NCBI RefSeq assembly: GCF_964204865.1
Contig: NC_135259.1
Span: 6,138,001-6,202,000, forward strand
Length of the DNA: 64,000 bases
Direction: 5' to 3'
Origin: Styela clava
Taxonomy: Eukaryota
Below the pieces are notes generated by a model. The model was not told the DNA's origin, did no database searches, and worked only from the letters and a program-made list of their open reading frames with translations. Shown here one piece after another: positions 15,201 through 30,200 of the stretch; within the stretch, counting starts at the first letter, position 1, and each line of letters begins with the position of its first letter. Both the position numbers and the translations under genes were made by a program.

Positions 15201-18200
15201 CCATTTCTAACATGGATGGAAGATAGTTTTAAGAATTTATGATGCACTGAAAATGCCTGAAACAGTCACAGTTGGTTTGTTAAAATAATGCTTGCTAAAT
15301 TTGAAACAAAGAGGTAAAGAATAGATGTTTCCATTTTCGTAACATTGTCTAATCAACAAGATGCTCATGATGACATAACAATTTAAATTTTGGAACCACT
15401 CAAGTTAGATTTTAGGGTATGGTGATGGGCATTAACTCGTTTTCGTGTTTTGCTGGTTTTTGGTCAGTTTTTAGTTATATTTCCGAAATTTATGTACAAA
15501 TTAAATAAATCATTGATCTTTGCAATTTCTGGAAAGTTTTAGTTTATTTGCAGTAATCAAAAATTAGTCCCCAAGCTGCGATAGACAATGCTGATGGTTG
15601 AATATTCTGAATAAAAATGATGATTTGAGCATGTTAACCAGGTTGTAAGTACCAACTCTCGAAAACAGTCTCAAAATGAGCATCAGAGATTTCACCAAAG
15701 CAGAGTATGAAAGTAATTTTTCCAGGTCAACTGTTTGGAAGACATCCACCCTGCCTTGTATATTTGGCATTTTTTGCAAAGAAATTCCATTGAAAACAGT
15801 GCAACAATATTGAAAATACTAACTTAATTCCAACACCAGGAGCAGATGATTTTGAAGCTTCTTCATCTCCATCTTCATGCTTCAAGGCAAGCTGATGAAA
15901 TAAACAGATTGATTAACTTGACATGACATAACTGTGTCGACATCAATGTCATTACAAAAAGTAATTGAGTAAAATGAGTTCGCCACTTGTTTCCAGACTT
16001 TCTCAATATCGATGTGGCATAATAAAAGAAGCTAATTTCAGCAAATTTCATTATGCTAGTTTCGACAAAAAATGTGTTTTTAGCACCGTAAAGCATTGTA
16101 TCAGCAATGTCATTATGGCATCATAATAAACACACACACATCATTGGGGTGAAATATTTTGGAAGAAAATATTGCTTGATAAGAGACATTTAAGATGTAT
16201 TTAAACAGCCCCTTTGTGTTCAAATCAATGTGAAATGCTCAAATTGGAAATAGCTGATATTACAGGTTGCCTATATGTGGCAATTTGATACCATATTAAT
16301 TGCAGTATACAAATATTCAAAGAGAATTTTTACATTACACCCAAGACAATTTTTAGAAGTAAGAGGATTTTTTACAGAAGACTCTTGGCACAGCTTACCT
16401 CATATATTTTAAACTGTTCCAATAGGTCCAAATCATTTCCTTTTTTGTTGAGATGTCTCTGAAAATTCAAGAAACAAAATCTGTGTAAATCACTACAATA
16501 CTTGAGCATCGAATGAAATATGAAACTATACTATAATGGTCTTATTAATTTTCCATGAAAAACATGATATCATTCAAGTAATATGATAAGCTATATCATG
16601 AATACTGGTATAGGATTTTTGTAATTATTCCTGTGTAACACGATGCAATATGGTTTGATCAATTACAGACTCAGAGCAACTCATAACCTATTGGAAAAAG
16701 TGTGGGGATAGCTATACTATACAGTTTCATGTTCCATACCAGTGTTTCACACACTGAGCACTCGACTTCACCAGGAGGCCAAGAAGTAAAGGGTACCATT
16801 CACAATTACTGCATTAATTTGGTTGCAATGCATTTGCTCTTTTGCTTTAGTTCGTTGTATTTTATTATTGAACATGGCGCATAAAATAACGATGGAACTT
16901 GATAAGAAAAACTGTTTTTTTTATTAGAGAGCAGATGCCACAAGGTGTTGAGTGTTCTTGGAAAGGGAGACACAGAACATGAAAGTTTAAGGAACACCGA
17001 TCTCGATACATGGATGTGGTCTAGTAAAGATGCAGTAGCTGACCATATTCACAATATGATGGTGAAGGACCAAACAATCCTATACCTGAATTATAAGATT
17101 TGAACCCACAAAGCTTAAGTAGGGTAATTGGCAGAGTGATACCTCTGTAATAATTAGCCTGATGATTGCCCTGAAGCGTGGACATCAAGTGTGGTGGACT
17201 AGCATCAAAGCACTAGACTTAACTGTGTTGGCATCACAGATTACACAATCTCAGGTTCAAGAAAGATGCGGGTAACTGTCATATAAAAAAGCGGTTGGAA
17301 GGGACTTGAGGCAGCAAGTGCCAGCAACTGATAATATTTTGTATCAATTTGAAGCTTGTAAATGGTAAAGAGACAAAACACATTTACAAAGTTTAGTAAT
17401 TTTATTTTTGTGTATATGTTTTCTGAAAGACTCTCGAAATCTGGTAATTGTAACGAACCTGGGATATTGTTTCCATTCCATGTGCTTCCAGTGCATCTGT
17501 GACATCATAAAATGTATCTTGATCAGGTATATTACTTATTGTTTTATTGATGAGAGTCATTGCATACACAAGTAATTCACAATCAATTCCATCTTTTTCA
17601 TCGAGCACTCGCATCACATTTGCCCACTCTTTTTGCCCTAAAGAGAAGATCATATTTATTGTTAATATACAATTCTTTAAATTAAGGTCCATAGGGCTTG
17701 CAATTAGATTTAATTGCCAGAAATATAAAATAATTATTATAGCTACTTATAGCTGATGCCAATTGCATTTATTGAACATGTATAAAAAGCTTAAAACTTT
17801 ATAGCATAAAAAAATATTCTCTCAGTTAAAATTATATATTAATTGTATTACTAGTTACCTCAGATAGAGTGTATTTTTAAACTAAGTTAAATTTAATTGA
17901 CCCATCTCATAGCAGGCTATGTATTTATCCATCTAAAATTGTGGGTAAATTAAGTGAGCATATGTATATATACCTAATAATGACTGTTTATCAAGTAGGC
18001 TGAAGCATTCTGAATGTAGACACCTAATATATACAACACATAATCATTACAAGATAACTCCAAATTAATGCATCCCATCGCATAGTGCACCTTGCTAATT
18101 TCCTGGTTGTATCAATTAAAGTTTTGAGTGTGTTTAGTATACATACCACGCAGAATTGAGCGATGTGATTCAAGTTTTATAGGGATTTCATAACAAATGT

Positions 18201-21200
18201 AAGGCCTGGGTAACATATTCTACCTAGTATTGTGCAGGGCAGCAGCATATGAATGCTTTTTTATTAAAAAAGGAATTATAAAAGAACACATAAAAATATA
18301 GTAAAACTACTGTTTTTTACAGTAATTAAATCCCCACTTTTATCTAATTGAAATATAGGTTGGTTTCGTGATTGATCATTTTAAATGTCATATGAAAAAT
18401 ATTATGAAAATAAATGGAAGATGGTTTAATAGGACACTGTTATGGTACAAGTTGATTGTTGAGTGCCAAAATATTAAGCAAAAAGGTACTAATTAGACCC
18501 TACTAATGTCTGGATATTAAATTGTAATTACAATTTGCAGTTGAACTGTGTTATAACCTTATTGAGGACACGGCTGTTAATGTAATCATAGGTCAATTGA
18601 TTGTCTGACACATATAACAATGTTTAAGTCATTTTTATACAATTTGCTCTTGTATTTTTGAAGTGTCACTAAAATAGATAAGACTACAAGAGATAAATGG
18701 AATCATGAATGCCCTACAACCTACCATATAAAAATGTAATAATTTATGTTCCAAACAGATAAAAATAAACTCTTAAAATTCACAAACGTTCAAGTGAACC
18801 AAATCAAAATATTGATTACTTTCATTTCTTATTATTCACATTTTTTCTAAAAATTTAGCTCTTTTTACTAGAAAAGGCCTTTTGCAGATACACATATTGA
18901 TTAAAAGATATAGTAGTTAACATTCATGATTTGAAACTAAAATGCAAACATAATTCAACATCAAAAATTGCAAAAGTGTGCTATTTTCATGGTGGCAACA
19001 AATACGATAAACCTGAATCACACCATTGATAAATAATGATAAACCATGATAGGTAAATGATAGAGTACTGTATAATAATACCTATCTTTAACCACCATCA
19101 TTTATCTTTCAAAAATATTTTGTTCACCACACCAAATTTTACCATGAATGGAAATTATTCCCCTAAAATGTTATTTTGGGCATTTTCTCCAAAATGTGCT
19201 GGTCAAAAAAAACAACAATCGAAAACGTATACGCAAATCAAAGCAACTATTTTGGTATATAATAATAGGCTCTTGCCCAACCTTATAAGTGCATGCTTTT
19301 GGGGATTAGTAGGACATTATCTTATGAAGACAAACGTATTATGCCGTGACACATTTTACCATACATATTTCATTGTTATAATGAGAAATGATTGTTATAA
19401 AGGCAGTAATTTAAATTAACAAAATTTTCAAAAAAAAGAGATTTCCATATAAAAATAATTTAAAAGTAGGTGAACACTTCAGACATCAATAGTTAGAAAA
19501 CAGACAAAATTGTTCTTACTTAATTATATGTTTTTGAATTATAAAATTTTAATATTCAATGTTCAGAATAGCATTACATATGAAAAGAAATAAATGGCGT
19601 TGATGGTAAGTATGAAAAAAGTAATAATAAATTCAGTAGGTAGTTGTTGAATGGCCATATCATTTAATAAAGGACACAACGATGAACTCAAGTATTATTT
19701 TCATAGCTTTGGAATGAATAAACTTATTTTGATGTACAAAAACCTAAGTCAACATAATATATCTCACAAAATTTGTTACAAAATGATTCAATGTACATCT
19801 AAATAGATGTTGCAAAAAAATCTGGTCAAAGTGATTTGTCACCGCATTTTGTTGTCTTTCAAACATGGAGTGGCCACTTTTGGACATTTAAATAAAAACA
19901 TGGCAATCTGTGGGCGACTTCAAAAGGTGTCGTGGCGTTAAGGACACACAGCATCATATTTCAAATAGTGGCTGCCTGTGTAGGTGGCCATTCATACATT
20001 TGCCGAGGAGACAATGGCTTTTAGAAAAGTACTCGATGGGTAATTGAAATTGCACCACATTCAGTCGGGGGTACTTGAGTGGGCCTGGCTAAACATAGGA
20101 CAATGACGCCTCATTTTGTACATTCCTTCCAACGTATTTAGTCTCTTTCGATCATATCATTTTGTTGTGATTTTAAGACAAGAAATAACACAGAAGTACC
20201 ACTTGTCACTGCATTCGGAAATGGTTGAACAAAACATTAGAAAATGAGATGATGTTTAAAACATACTGTAATTTTGTGAACTCAGAACTATAACATTTTC
20301 AATTTAATTATTTTCATGTAACTTTTTTTTAATTACATTATTAACAAGCCGTACAAAAAATAATTCCCAAAATTTAAAACCTGCCAACAAACAATACCTA
20401 GGATTATTGTAGACATGCTGGCTGAAGAATAAAGTATGCCAAAAGCTTTTTATGTGTTTGTCTGTAATGCTATGAAGCGTAAAATTTTAGCATCACAATT
20501 AATCAGTGTTCGCAATACTGATACAGACATTTACAACAGATTAAGACTTTCTGGTCAATCATTCAAAAATATCTGCTGTGGAATTTTCCATTATCTGGTT
20601 AGAATGCTGTTTTATGAAATTACCAAGCTGCTAATAAGTTAAAATAACCCATTTTCACCACTTTTTGTGGCATATATTTTCAACGATAATGCTAATTAGT
20701 CTTAATTTTCATGACAGCGACAGGAACAAAATAACTCGTGAAAATTGCTTCAATTGTTATGTTTTTTAGTATAAATTCAGCACAAAGCACTATGAACATG
20801 GTAGAGAGTATTTTTTTGTGAAGCATAAACAATAATAATTGCAAATAATGTACTATGTTCATAATTCAATGATAATTTTTTATTGAGCAAGTCAGTAGGT
20901 CACAAAGTGATAAATAACTCAAAATTTGCTCATTTGCAAATAAGTAGGGTAAAGTGGTCAAATTAAATTGCAGCTGGCTCACAGGATTCAGCATTCTGAA
21001 TAAGACAAATCAAGTATCTAACTCATTTTTTTGTTGAGACTCCATTGCTTGCAAATATTATATCATTGTTTTGCACAAATAACTAAGAAATTAAAATCTA
21101 CTAATTGGATTAGTGAAAAGTGTTGAAAATTCAATCCAAAAATAATTTAATATTAGTAAAACTGGTCATATTTGACGCAAAATTACTTAATTTACATTCA

Positions 21201-24200
21201 TAAATTTTAAGCTCTCAAATTTTAAGTTAATGATCAAATTCTGGAAAAATATGTTATGCAGGCAATATATTGGTAAAAATGTTTAATAATGTTTTGTTAA
21301 ATATTCATTGTTTGTAATTAGATAACAAAATTTTTTTGGTATACCACATACAATGGTTTGCAACCTGTTTCTCGTTAATTACCAGTTAACTATCAGAATA
21401 GTTTTAAGGTGACAATTTATAGGAATGATTTACTAAATATTTCAAAACATCCGAATATAACCAGTGGGCTTTCATAACCAATATAAATCTTAAACCGGAA
21501 AAGACTTTAAAGATAGATGGCTTGAGTCACTGCTCCAACATAAGCTGGGCTGTAAATTGTTTACAAACTACATGAGGCAACTCACATACCACACATATCA
21601 TGTTGCAAGAAAAAAAACATCTCACGATCATTATGAAAACCACAGAACCTGCCCCCTGCAGTAGTGATTTATTACAACTTGTGGCCACAATTTTGCAGAG
21701 AAAATATTCTGTTTCAGACAATGCAATTTATATTGGTTTTTCAGTTCATAAATGTTAAATTCTGATGAATCGTTTAGATTAAGGAGTCATTTATATTGCA
21801 ATATGTAAGGCATTTGCAATTATGTTTTAGCCATTTTTGGGTACTCCCGTAGTGTGTGAAACAGGCTAGGATTAGGCGATAATTTTATTAAGTTTTTCCT
21901 CATTTTAGTTCAATTACGAGTTCGGGGACTGTCTGTATTAGCCAACTAAATATACTATACCCCTGCCAATAGTAATCAGTCCCTTTACCCAAATTGATGT
22001 AAAGTAGGCGAACAAAATTAGTTACCTCCATATCAGTACACACACTTCTGGAGCGCCAATTTATGGATTTTTGTTTGGATTTTGATATTAGATTTGTTGG
22101 AGTGAGCGTGTAACATACATCTTAATATTTTACCTGATTCTTACTCAACTGATATGAATAAAATAAATGCAAAACTACATTCTTTTACAAAATACTAAAC
22201 AGCATATCACTGGGTATAAATTTAATGAAATTCTATAAATTGTCTTTAACTTACTTCGTTTCTTATCCACTTCCCGAACAGCATCCAATAACAGCAATGC
22301 ATTTGTTTCTGCATATTCAACAAACACAAGAAGGAGTTTTAATGTTGTCTTCACAACAAGACGAAACTGAAAGAGCAAGAGCGTAACATACAAAATTAAT
22401 TTTGCTTTCACTTGTCAATTGTTACAGTTATGTTACAAAGTTAAGTTACAAACATGTTAAATATAGAATTATATTGAATGTTATTTGGAAAACATTCTGG
22501 ATTAGGAGTATACTACAATATTATGTTAAATTAGGTCCACTACTTCTGTCAAATAAGACACAAATTGTATAATCTCAGTCAAGTGGCAGGTCCAAGTACA
22601 TAATTATGTAATTCCTAGGAAAATAGATATTTAAATACAGTGTGTTAACATATAAATTCAAGAATGGAATACCTCTATGCTCTATATTATTCAAAATATA
22701 TAAATATTTCATGGAATGTCAATATTAGTCAAAACATATGTTATCATAATCATATTCTTATTTTATTTAATAGATAATATTTCAAACTAATCATCAATGT
22801 TGAGCACTTAATTCAGTTGACAGCTATCACAACAAATAATCTTAAAGTGGGTGACCGGAAGAACACTAAGAAGTGGACTCTAATGTCATTTTACCGAGGC
22901 ATTCCATCAAATAGCCAGGGAAAAGAGAATGTGTATATATCAATAGAAGACATACGCTGCTATTTAACGACAATGGTAGTGTTTCACTATGTAAATAGAG
23001 GTGGCGTGCGCCGAAGACATGACGTAACGTTTTCCATTTTCAGCTAAAATCTATTACTATTTATGCATTGCGGTTTATGCATGGGGCATATCCATTTAAT
23101 GATGATACATGCTTAACCGAGTATAATTAAAGAATGTAACTCAAAAAAGGTAACAAATGTGCATTTGGCTTTGAAATAGTGCTAAAAGTTGACATATGAT
23201 CTCACCCGTGACGCTATAAGTGTGTAGAGCCATCTGACTGTCTCACTGTGTTCAATTACTCCGTTCATCCCATCAACATAAAGCATAATTTGACCAAGAG
23301 CTGAAAAGTAATACAAAAAGGATGTTTTGAAATATTTGAGGTGAAACCGCTTTACAAATAACCATTGAATTTCAGATTAGATTACAAATCTGAGGTGTTC
23401 TCTCATTACTAAACACAAAGAATAAAGAGAGTAGTATCTTCGCTTTGCCTCCACAGCATCTTTTGTAAAATGTTGAAACACTAATTAAGTATAACAGTAT
23501 AAATCCAAATAAGAACAAATTTTCATAGCAAAGGTTTGCTAGTAGCGGCATTGTATGCAAGAGGTCATGCTTTCAAATTTGAGCCCATTGCTCAACCCAA
23601 GACCACAACATTACCAATATGTAAAAAAATATTATGTCCTATGTAGTTTATATTTTCGATGTTGCTGGTGTAGAGCCTTATTCAAAAAAAACATGTAAAA
23701 CACAAACAAATCACACAGTATCAACAACTCTAGTCAAATTTAATTATGATTCATCCTAAGGTACCAGCATTAGCTAAATTTGAGTCACTATATAAATAGC
23801 AAATTTGGAAGCCACAGTGTACACAACCATACCGATTACGTATTCCAGAGGCTAAGTATAAAGATGGACATTAAACAAACTTCATTTGGGTATTATACAT
23901 CCTTGTTCAAGCTAGGTTAATATGGATCTACAATTAAGGTATGTATTACAATAACTATGTAGTAGTAACTAGTAAAACATACTGCTATGAAGATGAAGTT
24001 ATAAAAACAGCTGTTGAAACAAAACTGATGGTTGCTATGTTTTGGGTAAACAAGTCTTTTATTGCAGTATCCTGAATCATTATTGACGGTAGCAACAATA
24101 TTTGAATTTAACATATAGAAATGGGAACAAAAAAACAAATCTTTGGTTTCATACGAAATAAGACCTCTTACAATTATGTCAAGTATATTGAACTCACAGG

Positions 24201-27200
24201 ATGTGAAAAAAGACGGAAGACATTTTAACTTTAGAAGGTCCAGAATATTTTATTCAAATATTGTTACCAAAATTGATGCTGGCTAAACAACCAAAAGAAT
24301 GTACAATATTCCAAACTTTAATCTACATTTTGTAAGCCAAATTGAAATATTTGATAAAATTCAAAATTTTTTCATACTCATACTCACATACTCAACTTTC
24401 AAGAAAAACATTTCTTTTACATACACTCATGTTTAGTTAAGTATGATTTTATTTAACCGAGTACAGCTTGGAAATGTCAATTCACTCAAGGCATCACTGA
24501 TAAAATCGAATTCTGTGTTATCTGACATGTTTGCTCAAATTGATTTGAAAACGAGATTGAAATATGAACAAGTAACATTCCCTGTCTTATGATTGGTACC
24601 ACTAAATTCAAAAGTGATGTAAAATGTCAGCTGGGCATAAATTCCATTGGTGAAAACAAACATGGCGGCGGCCAGAAAGTAAACATACATTACACATTTC
24701 AACAAGGTAGCCGTAAGTAAAATGTATGTTTTACATATGAAAAGTCAGTAGTTCCCACATAAAATTGCTTATTTGCTTGCTATTGATAAACAACGATGTC
24801 CACATGAAGCACAGGTGTGTAGTTATATCTTTTTCCCTACTTGCATCTCTATTCATTGGTCTATTACGGTAATAAAAATTAAGATCGCCACTGTATATAA
24901 AAATTCTTTTATAATCACCACTTCTTAATCAATGACCACTTAGTGCAAGGCTAGCCAAATTAGTGCCTAAAGGCAAAGCGAAGTTTACCATATTGGATCA
25001 TACAACACCCTCATTCAACATCCAACTACTTATAATAAACATGATATTATACACTTTTAAGTTACCTATATTCGTGTAATATTATGGGGAACCAGTATAA
25101 TTTATAAAAACAGTTTTTACACGGTAAATACATCAAAAATTTGTGAATACCCAGACTTATATCAATATTATAGATAATAGAGATAGTGATAGTCATTAGA
25201 GGGAAAAAGATAAACAAACACCCACACAGGTATATTGTTTGCTTCTGGCAAACTTACACTTTTCTTCAATGGAAATAGAATTTTAACTTTTTGAATGACC
25301 TAAGTGCATCCATAATAAATTATATAGGAAAAGTATTTAGAAATATCAGAAACGGCTTTCAAAATAAAATCAATTGAATATTTAATATTATATAGATATA
25401 ATTTTATTGCAAGCAATGACTATTAAAAAAATTGAGTGTAGAGCTGACATGGGCATACTACACCCGCGGGCCAAATACGGCCCGTTGGGTTATTCAATCT
25501 GGCTCGCCTGATGCTGCCACAACTAAACATGGCCCGCCAGTCTGGGTGGACAAAATTGGTGGCCTCTGGTCCAAAAACCTTGCCCACCCCTGGTGTAGAG
25601 TGATATGTTGATACAGTTTGATTGTTATTGGAATCTAATTATATCATTCTTTAATAATACACAACCTAATTTACAGTATATTGTAGTTGAAATTACATAA
25701 AATGAAAACTTCTATGAACGCTGGTTATTTGGTGCAAAGTTATCACAGCAAACCGCATATTTCTTTACTGAACGTGACTCATATAGGCGATACGCTTGTC
25801 AGCCTGGTTGTCAAACAATCCCATACTTGAAAAACGAGCATCAGATAATGTGCTGAAATAGCAATCGACCGTGGATTTGATTTTAACTTTCCGTAACGGA
25901 ATGAACCACAACTTCCATTTTGTACCAAAACCAAGGCCCGAACTATTTTGAGATAAAATTTTAGTTTGCTAATGCTAATAAAGAAAAATTTGCTCTAATA
26001 TCTTGATCTGGGATCGCAATGAAGCATATACAGTATAACCATTTACAACTATTATTTATAAACTGTTTCATATGAGTATCAAATCAGAAAAATGTTAACT
26101 TCCTATTAATAAGGAATTGATGGGATAGTCTTGCTTAACATATAACAGCTAGCAATTACTTCATTTCAGAATATGTTTAAATTTAAAATTTGAATAAATT
26201 AGATAAATTTTAGTACATGAAAGGAAAGTTAAGCTGTCCAATTCGTTTGCTAACTTAAGGCTGGGGCAATACACATTACAACAAATACCTAATTTTGAAT
26301 TTCCAATATATTATCTTTTAATGTATACTACTTAAGAAGAATGAAATGGATGAACTGCATATGAAAGCTACAGTAAATGAAAAAAATTTCGTAATGAAGC
26401 AGAACACCCAACAATATTTTCATTACACACTTAGTTAGATAGCCAGATTTTGAGCTTAGATTGAACAATGCGATGACCAGTGTTTAAACTTTAATTCGAA
26501 TACAGGAAATCAACCTATGATTTCGGTCAACATTTAATTGCATGTAATATGAACTTAATTGGGTTTAACAGACAAAACACTTAATTTCAACCACCAAGTC
26601 TACTACACTAAAATTCGATTTTCAGAAATCATCCAATCCCGATAATGAATAGTAATTTACAGTGTGAAAGTGTGTCCGTCCATGTTTTTAAGAAAAGAAA
26701 ATTCAACACTACAATTAAAACTGTCTAAGATCTGTGATAGGCTGGATTAGTCACAACCAGCAGATGACGCCCATCAGAATCAATTGTTTGTGAAATATAG
26801 GCATGATCTTCTCAATAACATCATGTTTTATCAACAGCCCATATACATTTACATATGAAGGAACATATTTTTGAATACGACATTCCTTAAATACTATCGT
26901 GGTCGACTTGGATTGCATGATAAACAAAGTATAAATGGTAGAACGTTATTTTGTAAACGAGCCGCGACAAAGAGGGATTAGCGCTTGCTAGGATTGTACA
27001 CTTGGATTTATCAAAATTTTTCACATGTATCAAGAAATTGCCGAAATAAGAAAATTAATTTAAATTGATAGATTGAATATTGTATTGACAAAACTTGCTA
27101 ATGAAAGGCAATTTATGGAAATTGTAAAAAGAAGTATCTATGTTTTTAGTGGTTTATAATATTATATGCAGTATAGCAAAAAAAGATAGAGTTTGTGCAA

Positions 27201-30200
27201 TGTTCAATTCAAGTTAATTGAAAAATTTTGTGAAGTCAATATAAATCCTACAGTAACTCTGTGATACCAAACTTCATTTTGTGCAATGTCTTTAAGCACA
27301 CATTTGAACATACTCAAAGTTTAGCATAAAAAAGGCAATATTTTGACTTCAAAAATGTATACAGCTACTAATAAGTAAATTAAACATACCTCTATCTGCA
27401 CAAAATAAAGATATATGGCAATATTATCAGCTAAATCAGTCAAATATTCTTAAACTCACCTCTCAATATATAATTTTGATAATTTTGATCTGCTTCCGCT
27501 CCTACTTTGATAAGACACGTCAAACCGTCTGCGTTCACAAATTCGTGAACAAGATCTTTATCATCCTAAAAAAAATGAAATTTATCATATAGTTCATCGA
27601 TGTGGATTTGATAATGAAGGTTAAATGACACTATTACATGATATTGTACAAACTATTATAAAATTTAATGATTGTGATTGACTGAATCGAGGAAGGACAA
27701 AAGATAAAGTGTTCAAAATCCCCCTTCATCGGTCCGCCAAACACGATTTGTCAAATAATACAAAATCTCCATTTCTTGATTTAATCACATAGTGTATTAA
27801 TCTTATATACAGCTAACATTTTCTAAGTTGAACTTGGCCTTACTACATTATTCCATTACTAAGTAAAGCGTATGCTAACCAGAGATGAGCAAAGCATCTA
27901 GATTTGAATCAAATTTGATGATATAAGAATAATAATATTCAAATTCAATGATGTTAAATCATTTTATGAAAACTATGACAATCTCCCTTATAATTTTCCA
28001 TGTTGCCAGAGAAATCATAATTCATATTTATATCATGATTTTGTTGCATGGTTGAATGATTTACAATAATTGAAATAAAATTCCATTGTGAGATTAAATT
28101 ATAGAACCTGCTTTTCAATATGGACCTCCCAAGTTGAGTTTAAAACAATGTTAGGTTCAAGTGAACTGATCAAATGGCATATTCTAATGTGACTATTACT
28201 CTTTGCAAAGATTTCAACAGATTGTGACCTAAGCGAACAAGCAAATAATAATTAAAGTGCCATAAGCCACCTGTCATGAAATTCCCCATTATCACCAAAC
28301 AAGGAAGCAATTTCCACACCCATTTTTATCTAAATCGTCAATCTAAGCAATCTTCGCATTTGACTAAGCCATTTGTGATGATTTGTTATGATGCATTAAT
28401 CTCTATTCCATCATGATAACCTTAGCAGTGCTAAGCATCTGCAATTTATCAATGTCAATAACAAAACACAGCATGCAGTAGGTTTTATGAGCAATCTTTA
28501 AGGCCTTGATAAAAACTAATAAAATAGAATCAGCTGGAGACTGTAGCATTGATAATTTTACTGTCCCAAGGGCAACAATAACAAAAGGTCAATTGGGGTC
28601 GTTCAGAATCAATTAAGACTAATTTTACATCATAAAGCCATTCAGCTGAATTTGTACAAGCAGTGTTCCCATTCAAAGTTTTGAACTAAATTGAAAATAA
28701 GAATGCGAAGTGTGTTGGAGTACCCAACAAGATTAGATATGATTTCTACACAGTACGCTTTCGTAAGATTGATTTTAAAAGAATTCACATTGGAAAAGTC
28801 TATTGAAATTTTGACATGGGAAATGGGAACATTAAAAATAAAGTATATTTTTGAATTATAGCATGCTGGAGAATATTATATAACATCATTTAATAAGCAA
28901 AAAACTTAAATTCAAATTCAAGTTAGAAATTACTATGTGCTATCCATTCATGGTTCGCAAATGCCACACAAAAATAAAAGAAATACATTCTGACTTGGCT
29001 TCATGTCATAGTAAATATATCTTGGTGAAATTTCCTTGACCCACACACATGCATGATCCGATGATAAATATATAAAAGTATCCACTGATAGATATTTTAA
29101 GCTATGAGATTATTATTGGTAACGGTTCAGCGAAAGTGTCACACTAGTGCTTAAAGTTCCGACCATGAGGCGACAATTTTACGTCAAGTGCTGCTTAGAA
29201 ATATTCCAATAATTTCATGCAAAAATAAAATCAGTACAAATTAGAATATTAGTGTTTACAGTAAAATCAAGCATTTAGATATTTTGTTCGCCATCAGTCA
29301 CATTTACTAAAAATAAGTGCGCTGAATTTAAAATTTTTAGTCTAAATACCCTTATCATAAAAATTAAAGCAGACAGAATTTTTTTTTTATTTCTTTTGGG
29401 ATTATTATGGTGACAAACTATTTCTGTGAAAGCAAAATTTGCTGCCTGTGCACAAAATCATTACATTTTTGGTCAAATTGTCCTAAAGTCACTTAAAATA
29501 TGATTGAAAAAATTTAATGTGCTATGTACAATCGGAAAAAAGTAGTCATGTAAATTTTTTACAGTTAATAAAGTTTCAACTGGTTTTGTTTTTTTGTGTC
29601 AAGGAAGAATAAATTTAACAAGATGGCTTAATAATATAGTGAATCTTGGATTTTGCTTGGGTTATTAGCCAAGATGAGATTAGAAATTTACATCCAACTA
29701 GCTTCAGAGGAATGTACTATACTTCAGAATAGTTTATAGAAACAGCCACATATAAAAACGCTCTCAAATGTCTGTTCTTCCACAAATTCCTTTTAAAGTC
29801 ATTCCATTACACATTTATCAATTGGACTCATTTCACAGCTTCAGAAAAGACCATAATAGTCATCGAAGGGAAGTAATGATAAATCAACAGTTTCCTGAAT
29901 GTTAAATATTGCTCAATGATCACAACATTGTAGACTGAATTGTACTCATCCATAGGCAATGATTCCTTTGGGTTTTCTTCACACAATTTTATAACAAAAC
30001 GAAAATAAGGCTATGAAATTATTTTTTAACATAATTACCTGGAATATTTGTTTCAGTGAGAATAGGGCTCTTCTCAACTCTCTTCCCTTTGAGTTGTACA
30101 ATTTTTCTGCAAAATAGAAAAAATTAAAATACAGATAATTGGAAGCTTTGGTCTAGAGATCATCATACCCAAATAAAATGTAATTCTGAAACTTCAGTTT